DNA from: Candidatus Poribacteria bacterium
GTDB lineage: Bacteria; Poribacteria; WGA-4E; UBA9662
Length of the DNA stretch: 10,150 bases
Direction: 5' to 3'
Assembly (NCBI GenBank): GCA_046582655.1
Contig: JAYGDX010000215.1
Span: forward strand, 1 to 10,150
The first letter of the stretch is position 1. Every line of letters starts with the position of its first letter. Position numbers and translations under genes: made by a program. Under the pieces are notes generated by a model that saw only the letters and a list, made by a program, of their open reading frames with translations, was not told the origin of the DNA and did not search any database. Below are positions 1-6,881 of this stretch, in pieces.

Positions 1-141
1 CAGAAGGGCGCCGATGTCAATGCCAAGAATAACAACGGTTCACCAGTGATGGATAGCCTGAAAGCCGATTGGGGAACTACTCAGTTTATTGCTAGTTTGT
101 TGCAAATAAAATTGGATCGAGAAAAGGTTGAAATTGGCAGA
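1..141 (+). repeat. Intragenic direct repeat, copy 1 (may extend left of the window)
   Basis: Bases 1-141 match 460-600 with 3 mismatches (106/565, 125/584, 134/593); the first 105 bp are identical. Period is 459 bp = 153 codons. Confidence 0.97.
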
Positions 142-642
142 GCTCAGATCGCCGAACTTCTGCGCCAACAAGGTGTCCAAACTAACTTTTCCGGTCCTGT
201 TGGTAACGATATTTGGGCTGTGGCTGGAGCTGGGAACATCGAAGCTGTCAAGCAACACCTAGCTAAAGGCGTGGATGTTGATGCTAAAAACAAGGATGGG
301 GCAACGGCATTGCATGTAGCTGCCATTCTAGGTCAATATGAAGTTGCTGAACTGCTGATCCAAAAAGGTGCCGATGTCAATGTCAGAAGTGGTGATGGAG
401 GAACAGCACTGCATGCTGCCGCTTTCCTGGGTCAATATGAGGTTGCTAAACTGTTGGTTCAGAAGGGCGCCGATGTCAATGCCAAGAATAACAACGGTTC
501 ACCAGTGATGGATAGCCTGAAAGCCGATTGGGGAACTACTCAGTTTATTGCTAGTTTGTTGCAACTAAAATTGGATCGAGAAAGGGTTGAAACTGGCAGA
601 ACCAAAGTCGCTGCTATTTTGCGTCAACACGGGGCCAAATAG
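1..642 (+). CDS. Ankyrin-repeat protein, C-terminal part (5'-truncated by the window edge)
   Basis: Frame +1 is open from base 1 (QKGADVNAKNNNGSPV...) to TAG at 640-642, so the GTG at 46 is not the true start. Canonical ankyrin units are present: DGATALHVAAILGQYEVAELLIQKGADVN, DGGTALHAAAFLGQYEVAKLLVQKGADVN and IWAVAGAGNIEAVKQHLAKGVDVDAK. Confidence 0.95.
   Translation, partial: QKGADVNAKNNNGSPVMDSLKADWGTTQFIASLLQIKLDREKVEIGRAQIAELLRQQGVQTNFSGPVGNDIWAVAGAGNIEAVKQHLAKGVDVDAKNKDGATALHVAAILGQYEVAELLIQKGADVNVRSGDGGTALHAAAFLGQYEVAKLLVQKGADVNAKNNNGSPVMDSLKADWGTTQFIASLLQLKLDRERVETGRTKVAAILRQHGAK
295..492 (+). repeat. Two tandem 99-bp (33-codon) ankyrin units
   Basis: Units start at 295 (GATGGGGCAACGGCATTGCAT) and 394 (GATGGAGGAACAGCACTGCAT). 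They share GGTCAATATGA and GCCGATGTCAATG and differ at many third positions. Confidence 0.9.
460..600 (+). repeat. Intragenic direct repeat, copy 2
   Basis: Second copy of 1-141, in the same reading frame. Confidence 0.97.
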
Positions 643-683
643 AATCGGAGAGAAGCCGAGGCACGACCGGCCAGGCGTGAACT

Positions 684-838
684 AACAGCTATGCTTCAGT
701 CACCTCGGTTACCGATGGCGAACGGCTCTACATCCCGTCTGGAACTACCCACTAAAATCCAGAAAAGCCTTCTTTGACTACGGTCATGCCGCCTCTCCTG
801 TCACCCACGATGGTCAGGTTATTTTCACCTGCGATACC
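684..838 (+). pseudogene. Remnant of a PQQ-binding-like (BamB-type) beta-propeller gene
   Basis: Frame +3 from 684 reads NSYASVTSVTDGERLYI; frame +2 from 737 reads VWNYPLKSRKAFFDYGHAASPVTHDGQVIFTCDT. These resemble the 'NSYAS.TP.TDGERVY' and 'W...G..SSP...DG.V' blade motifs of that family. There is no start codon, the segments are in different frames, and the connecting segment is missing. Confidence 0.65.
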
Positions 839-1064
839 AGAATTAGGGAGGCTCAAGAATGTGAATCTAAGTTGCTTCTTACTTTTTGCTTGGATCGCCT
901 GAAAATACAAACCAATAAGCCACTTTATCGTCTATAATATCAAGCGGACGAAAATAGTAAAATTAAACAGGTTATCCTTGATAGCAGGTGCATGCCTAGT
1001 CGAATTTAGCCACTTGAATTATCGCTAGTACAAAGATGTCCCTAAGAAGGAAATAAATTTCTAA

Positions 1065-1730
1065 ATGAACATAGACGTGCTTAGTCAACTCTTAACTCCC
1101 TATTCGTTAACCACAATCTCTTCGATTGTTCTCAGTTTGTTTCTTGCCTTTATATTGGGTTTAGTCATTGCTGCCGTTTATCAATGGACCCACAGGGAGA
1201 TGGCAGAAAGATCCTTTATCAATACTCTTATTATACTTTGTATGTTAATTGCAGTCGTGATGATAGTTATAGGTGATAGTGTCGCGCGTGCTTTTAGCCT
1301 AGTTGGGGCTCTGTCAATTATTCGTTTTCGAACCGTAGTTCAAGATCCACGTGATATCGCCTTTGTTTTTTTCGCCTTAGCAGTTGGTATGGGCATTGGT
1401 GCGGGCAATCCGCTAGTTGCTTTCATTGGCACATTCCTAATTAATGCAGTGATCATTGGACTTCATGGCTGGCAAGTGAGATCTTCGGATAAACTGGGGT
1501 TTCTGATTACTTTCAGAGTACCGCTTTATGCTGGGTTTGAGCAATATTACCAATCAATTTTCAGTAATTGGCTGTCAACTTATCGGCGAATCAGCAAAAA
1601 AACGGCCCAATCAGATACTGTTGAGCTGAAATATCATGTCAAACTCAAGGATCCCAAACAATGGGTACAATTCATACAGGAACTTTCGGCTGTAGAAGAT
1701 ATCGCTAAAATTAAGGCAACTAGGTCTTAA
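1065..1730 (+). CDS. DUF4956 family membrane protein
   Basis: 221 aa with several hydrophobic helices and a soluble C-terminal domain. Carries the family motif ARAFSLVGALSIIRFRT..DPRDIAFVFFALAVGM. AAGGA lies upstream at about 1047-1051. Confidence 0.85.
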   Translation: MNIDVLSQLLTPYSLTTISSIVLSLFLAFILGLVIAAVYQWTHREMAERSFINTLIILCMLIAVVMIVIGDSVARAFSLVGALSIIRFRTVVQDPRDIAFVFFALAVGMGIGAGNPLVAFIGTFLINAVIIGLHGWQVRSSDKLGFLITFRVPLYAGFEQYYQSIFSNWLSTYRRISKKTAQSDTVELKYHVKLKDPKQWVQFIQELSAVEDIAKIKATRS

Positions 1731-1777
1731 GTTGGTGAGGATAACAGGCTAACCCCGATCGTCATCGAAATCTATTG

Positions 1778-2148
1778 TTACTTGCAACCATTACTATCAA
1801 AAAACAGATCTATACTGCCGATCTCCAGTGACATCAACCTGGTTGCTCTTCTTGCGACAGAAACTCCATGTCGTTGTTGACCTCTATTGGTTTCCCTTCG
1901 CCATCTCTGGTGATGTTGGCTGAAACCTCCGTCCATTGCCTGCTCTGCATGGATGCTGCCATCCTGCCACCAATTGCGATAACTCTGATGTCTCGCCCAA
2001 AAGAGGTTTTTACAAACTCTTTCAAGATAATCTTGAGTTCGGTATCAACCAGATTAATTACTTCAACTAATTGCCCAAATTCCCTGAGGGTTTCGGCTAA
2101 AAGCCCCCTTCTGCATGTCCCCGTTTAGCCATCTTTAATTATGGCAAA
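1778..2148 (-). pseudogene. Degraded RimK-family ATP-grasp (alpha-L-glutamate ligase) fragment
   Basis: Minus strand reads FAIIKDG*TGTCRRGLLAETLREFGQLVEVINLVDTELKIILKEFVKTSFGRDIRVIAIGGRMAASMQ. An alternate frame gives AMDGGF, the first frame resumes ANITRDGEGKPIEV, and another frame gives RATRLMSLEIGSIDLFFDSNGCK*. These match the RimK motifs (Q/K)EF..GRDIR...GG, F.AN..RGG and L.I.G.DL.FD. There is an in-frame stop at 2125-2127 and several frameshifts; the N-terminus and the terminal E.N motif are absent. Confidence 0.8.
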
Positions 2149-2340
2149 GGTGCGGTGTCTAAGTAAACAAAGCTCGGCTTGGTTACGATTATTATTTTAT
2201 ATGGCTGATAAATTGTTTTCTCACTGTTCCCCTAGCTTTCATAGTTTCTGCTATCTACACCCCATAATCGCTATATCATAAGAACCCTTGTCTGTGTTTG
2301 TATTACATTGATGTACGTTAAATAGAATCGGGAGAATATC

Positions 2341-2961
2341 ATGAAACAGATACAAATGTCCCATTGGTCAGTAATGCGTTTGCTGGTTGTGATGATCATT
2401 TGTGCCGCATGCAGTCCCAAAAAGGTTGTGGAGCGTATTGATACGGATACGATCATTGATCTTTCGGGCCGATGGAACGATACCGATTCCCGTCAGGTCT
2501 CCGAAGCGATGATTATAGACTGTTTGAATCATCCATGGATTACCACTCACGCCACTAGTTCCAGAGGTAAGAAACCTGTCGTCATTGTCGGAGCGATTCG
2601 CAACCGAAGCATGGAACATGTCGCGATCGGCACATTTATCAATGATATCGAACGCGCTTTCATCAATTCGGGTCGAGTCTCCGTGGTTGCCAGCGCGGTA
2701 GAACGGGATGAAATTCGCGCTGAAAAAGAAGACCAGAGAGGATTTGCAAGCCTCGAAACCATCAAAGAGATGGGACTCGAACGCGGTGCAGACTACATGA
2801 TGACCGGCGAAATCAACTCCATCGAGGACCGCGAGGGAGGTACACAGGTCACCTATTACCAAGTGGATTTGACTCTTACCAATATTGAGACAAACGAGAA
2901 GATCTGGTTGGGACAAAAAAAGATCAAAAAACTCATCGAACGCAAGAGAATTAGCTTCTAG
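2341..2961 (+). CDS. lpoB: Penicillin-binding protein activator LpoB family lipoprotein
   Basis: Signal peptide ends in a lipobox-like ICAA-C (Cys24). Motifs DLSGRWNDTDSR, KPVVIVG.IRNRSMEH, GADYMMTGEINSI and YYQV.LTLTNIETNEKIW are typical of LpoB/CsgG-fold proteins. GGAG ribosome-binding site at about 2331-2334. Confidence 0.85.
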   Translation: MKQIQMSHWSVMRLLVVMIICAACSPKKVVERIDTDTIIDLSGRWNDTDSRQVSEAMIIDCLNHPWITTHATSSRGKKPVVIVGAIRNRSMEHVAIGTFINDIERAFINSGRVSVVASAVERDEIRAEKEDQRGFASLETIKEMGLERGADYMMTGEINSIEDREGGTQVTYYQVDLTLTNIETNEKIWLGQKKIKKLIERKRISF

Positions 2962-3064
2962 TTATCAGTGCATGTCGCCGCAATTTTCTCACCACACGCC
3001 AGTTCCAATAAATCAGATTTGTGTTTTGCTTAGCTCGCTGAATGGGACATGCTGCCGGCAGTTA

Positions 3065-4519
3065 ATGCTATACCCGAATGGACGATGTCTCAGACGGATT
3101 CTGAGCTTTGCTCCTCTCCTCCTGTTTCTTTTGACAGGATGCAGCCATTATAGCATGCATCAGGTGCGCCTCGCATTCGAAGGAGGAAGATTCGAAGAGG
3201 CGTTGATGCAACTTGATAAAGTTGACGCGGAAAAAAGAAAACTCCCCTATTTGTTTGAGCGTGCCCTGACTGCTCACTACGCAAATCATTTTGAGGAAAG
3301 CAATCAGATATTCAAGCAAGCGGAGATCTTAGCTGAAGATCTTTACACCAAAAGCATTTCGCGGGAAGCCTTATCACTCCTGACTTCGGACAACATTCGT
3401 CCATATTCAGGTACGCGTTATGAAAGGTTCCTCGTTCACTACTACCGCGTCCTCAACTATGTCTATCTGAATCTCCTGGACGATGCGTTGGTAGAGTGCC
3501 GGCGCGCTAGGCGACTCCTTCAACACTATGTGGATGAAGACCCGACTTACAACTTCGCAGGATCGGCATTCCTAGCCTATCTATCAGGAATCCTATACGA
3601 ATGGACTGGGGACTGGAATGACGCCTATATTTCCTATCGTTGGGCGGAAGCTGGATATCAACGGTATGAGAAGCATCTCGGCATTTCACTGCCAACGGAC
3701 ATCGGATATGCACTAGTCCGACTCGCCCGTTGGCTGGGGTTCAATCAGGAAGCGGAACGCTATGCGCAACTGTATGGCGAACCACCTCAGTATCCTTCAG
3801 GTTCGGGTGAACTTATCCTGATTCATGAAAGTGGATTTGTGCCATCAAAAACTGAAGAGGAACTCTTTTTTCCCATCTTCAAGACAGATCCATTCATACA
3901 CCAAGAAGAAGAAAATGAAGAGGAAGTTTGGGATTTCGCCGATACGGTTGTGCACCGCCAAAATTTTGAGTATGATGATGCCGAACTAGAATATCTTATG
4001 CGGGTAGCGATTCCTGTCTGTACCTCGAACCGTCCCCGATTGATGGGATTCGAAATGGAAGTTAAGTTCTCTGATGAAACTGACCTACAAAGTAAACTCG
4101 GTGAAAACCTTAGTCGCAGACTGGAAGTGGGGAACTTTCAGGCACTCAGTGTGTCAGTAGAAGATGTCGAAGGTGCCGTCCTCTCTACATTCGACTCCGA
4201 ACAGAGGGTAATTCTACTCCGAACAGTGGTCCGCGCCATACTTAAATATCTTGCCTTCCGTCGCGCCGAAAAAGCAGATAAGTTGGTAGGAGGTCTCGTT
4301 AATTTTCTTAACATGGTCACAGAGGTGGCAGATACCCGTTCGTGGGAAACACTGCCAAATCAGATGTTTCTGGTACGGATGTCTCTACCCGCAGGAATGT
4401 ACAATGTCACACTCTCATTTTTAGATATGGAAGGCAAACGGGTACGAACAGAAACGCTTTCAGATGCGGTCATCAAGACAAATGGAAAGACGTTTCTAAA
4501 CTATCGCACGTTTGAGTGA
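3065..4519 (+). CDS. COG3014-type TPR-like lipoprotein (commonly found next to lpoB)
   Basis: The ORF track starts at 2885, overlapping lpoB. ATG 3065 gives a plausible signal peptide MLYPNGRCLRRILSFAPLLLFLLTG-C (Cys codon 3140-3142). Family motifs: Y.G..YE...HYY..LNY, DDALVECRR, G.VP.K and ADTRSWETLP. Confidence 0.8.
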   Translation: MLYPNGRCLRRILSFAPLLLFLLTGCSHYSMHQVRLAFEGGRFEEALMQLDKVDAEKRKLPYLFERALTAHYANHFEESNQIFKQAEILAEDLYTKSISREALSLLTSDNIRPYSGTRYERFLVHYYRVLNYVYLNLLDDALVECRRARRLLQHYVDEDPTYNFAGSAFLAYLSGILYEWTGDWNDAYISYRWAEAGYQRYEKHLGISLPTDIGYALVRLARWLGFNQEAERYAQLYGEPPQYPSGSGELILIHESGFVPSKTEEELFFPIFKTDPFIHQEEENEEEVWDFADTVVHRQNFEYDDAELEYLMRVAIPVCTSNRPRLMGFEMEVKFSDETDLQSKLGENLSRRLEVGNFQALSVSVEDVEGAVLSTFDSEQRVILLRTVVRAILKYLAFRRAEKADKLVGGLVNFLNMVTEVADTRSWETLPNQMFLVRMSLPAGMYNVTLSFLDMEGKRVRTETLSDAVIKTNGKTFLNYRTFE

Positions 4520-4610
4520 CTCTTGTGTGATACTCTAAAGTTCGGTGAGCAATTAACAACTGTCTTTTTGGGATGTTGGATCTTGTTTGAACTGGTGAAA
4601 CGGATTCCTC

Positions 4611-4632
4611 CGACCCGAATCTTTTCGGGTTG
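4611..4632. terminator. Short hairpin between convergent genes, possible terminator
   Basis: CGACCCGAA-TCTT-TTCGGGTTG forms a 7-bp perfect stem extended by G-U and C-G pairs, with a 4-nt loop. No adjacent U-tract on either strand. Confidence 0.3.
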
Positions 4633-4698
4633 AAGCTAATTCCAAGAAAAGAGGCTAGAGGAACTGCGATCCGAGAGAGTGCATAAAATATGATTTTT

Positions 4699-5897
4699 TC
4701 AGTTCACAACTAGTTTTTCAATTTCGGCGTGGTTTAACTCAATACCAAGTCCCGGTTGTGCATTCAGCTTAACTTGACCACCAGTGAAATCGATGGGTTC
4801 GGTGAGTAGGACGTTACCAAATGGTCCATCGGCAAAGCTGGTTGGAAGTTCAGAAATAAAAAAATTGGGCGTTACAGCCCCTATGTGAAGTCCCGCCATT
4901 AGATGGATTGCCGTGCTGGTGCTAACATGAGAGGACCAGGAGACGCCAAAAACGTCTGCCAACTGAGCAATTCTCAGCGTCTCCGAAATACCACCAGCCC
5001 GACACACATCAGGAAGTAGCATATTGCACTCCTGTTTCAGTAGACGATCTCGCACACCATAGCGGTTACACTCGGTTTCTCCCATGGCAATACGCAAAGA
5101 AGTCGATTGCGTCAACTCACGGTAACCATGATGATCTTCCGGAATCAACGGGTCTCCAAACCAAAGAATATTTCCCAACCCCTCAAGGAAACGGGCGAAT
5201 TGTAACGCATCAGCTAGATCAAAAGCTCCATGGGCATCCACCATCAGTTGCCCTTTGTCACTAACCGCATCAGATAACGCACCCACCATCTCCATTTGTT
5301 GCTGTAAACTGCCTCGGCCGTAAGAAGTCTTTAGTACACGAAAGCCAGCCTATTAGGATATTGCCCACTGTATCTATCTTTTCCGCTAGGGTTCTACCCG
5401 GCGTGCCGGAGGAATATAATGGCAACTGTGTCCTGTAAGCGCCGCCGAGCAACATCCAGACGGGTTCATGCCGGTACTTACCTAATAAGTCCCAGAGTGC
5501 GATGTCAATCCCCGCCATGGCCTCCAGCGTAAATCCTTGGGTATGTGAACGCAGATGCATGGCCGAAAACATCCGTTCCCAAAGCAGACCAATTTGCCGT
5601 GCATCTTCTCCTCTCAGTAGTGGGGCGAAAAGATCCTTAATGATGGTATGGACAACCTTGGGTGCCACCGGTGCATGAGCCTCTCCAATACCAATGAGTC
5701 CGTTTTCCGCTTCTATCTTTACTAGTACCGTAGATCGATCTGTTGGATAGACAGAGATGACGTTGATCAGTACGTCCAGCGACTTCTTTGGAGGCTGTGT
5801 CTTGCGGGAATTTCAGTCCAGCCGCATCTTCATATTTTTTGGTACCGTCTACTTTCTGGGTAGACAGGATATGGGCATCAATCGCCGTAATTCTCAT
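4699..5897 (-). pseudogene. Mandelate racemase/muconate lactonizing (enolase superfamily) gene with two frameshifts
   Basis: Three track ORFs are pieces of one gene. ATG 5897 begins MRITAIDAHIL; a shift at about 5750-5812 leads to VYPTDRSTVLVKIEAENGLIGIGEAHAPVAP...AMAGIDIALWDLLGK; a shift at about 5350 leads to AGFRVLKTSYG...LMVDAH...WFGDP...MGETE...PDVCRAGG...SSH...PGLGIELN. Stop TGA at 4699-4701. Confidence 0.9.
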
Positions 5898-5935
5898 AGG
5901 TCCACTTGAGTTGATATCATTCCTTTGAATCCCGT

Positions 5936-6835
5936 TCAAATTTCAAATAGAGATTCTACATCAGTTAAGATCAGATCCAGTTCGGCAAAATCGTGTTGAT
6001 CTAACTTTTGTCCTGGTGCACGTCGGGTTGGACTTTGGATAATCCCACGCCGAAACATGACTTCCTTGTAAATTGATATGCCATACAAACGTTCATGATT
6101 CATCAGCGGCAGCATTCGGTTAAAAAGTGATCGGGCTTGAACCTGATTGCCTGTTTTCAGCATATTCCACAATTTTACCAAGATATCCACCGTGTGACAA
6201 GCGGGCATATTACCTGCGATACCTCGTGGGTATTCGTTTAACAGGTAGACACCTCCCTGGCCACCCATGACCCCTTTACACGCATCTCCAGCGGCGGTGA
6301 TTGTTTGACTAATTCGCTGTGGTTCTGGTGTTGTTTCTTCCTTAATGTATTCAACCTGTTCCAGTTCACCGCAGATTCGAGCTAACAATTCTGGTGTCAT
6401 CGGTGTTCCGATTGGACTATTAAAATTCTGAATACATATCGGAATGGTTGAGGCTAGCGACAACGCTTGATAATAACGGTAACACCCATCGGCATCCGGA
6501 TGTAGAATATGGGGAGGCATGGCCATAATCCCATCGGTACCAATGCGTTGTGCGTGTTGTGCTAGAGATAAGGTTGGTATGATGTGTCCGGATGTTACGG
6601 AAGCAACAACTGGAATCTGACCACCACTTTCTGCTACCACGATTTCTATCCATCTGCGTCGCTCGTCATCAGATAGTGTGGCGAATTCACTGGCATTAGC
6701 CGGACCGACTAATCCGTGTGCACCAGCCTGGATACAAAAGTGTACAATTTTACGTAGTCCCGATTCGTCGAGTTCACCATTCTCCTGAAAAGGGGTGATG
6801 ACAATTGCAAAGATTCCGCACCAAGTTCGACTCAT
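5936..6835 (-). CDS. DHDPS/NAL (DapA-fold) enzyme, resembling 2-keto-3-deoxy-L-arabinonate dehydratase
   Basis: Start ATG at 6835 with GGAGG at 6845-6841; the track's 6958 start overlaps the upstream gene. 299 aa with GIF....TPF..NGELD, ANASE.ATLSDDER, MAMPP and the Schiff-base Lys in YIKEE. Confidence 0.88.
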   Translation of the reverse strand: MSRTWCGIFAIVITPFQENGELDESGLRKIVHFCIQAGAHGLVGPANASEFATLSDDERRRWIEIVVAESGGQIPVVASVTSGHIIPTLSLAQHAQRIGTDGIMAMPPHILHPDADGCYRYYQALSLASTIPICIQNFNSPIGTPMTPELLARICGELEQVEYIKEETTPEPQRISQTITAAGDACKGVMGGQGGVYLLNEYPRGIAGNMPACHTVDILVKLWNMLKTGNQVQARSLFNRMLPLMNHERLYGISIYKEVMFRRGIIQSPTRRAPGQKLDQHDFAELDLILTDVESLFEI

Positions 6836-6840
6836 TATTA

Positions 6841-6845
6841 CCTCC
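6841..6845 (-). promoter_or_regulatory. Shine-Dalgarno site for the DapA-fold gene
   Basis: Minus strand reads GGAGG-TAATA-ATG. Confidence 0.8.
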
Positions 6846-6881
6846 AATCTTTTAGGTTTCTCAAGCCTCGTCCAAATTGAT

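Noticed and set aside
1..600. Diversity-generating retroelement TR/VR pair
   Set aside because: There are only three mismatches and one is T>C rather than at an adenine. Both copies are in frame in the same ORF, and no reverse transcriptase is present in the window.
933..938. Perfect TATAAT upstream of the DUF4956 gene
   Set aside because: There is no matching -35 or extended -10 element and the context is AT-rich, so it is not enough to call a promoter.
2885..3064. N-terminal extension of the COG3014 ORF given in the track
   Set aside because: It overlaps lpoB and would bury the signal peptide; ATG 3065 fits better.
5340..5812. Programmed ribosomal frameshifting in enolase B
   Set aside because: Two shifts would be needed, no clear slippery heptamer with a downstream structure was seen, and a metal ligand is also mutated.
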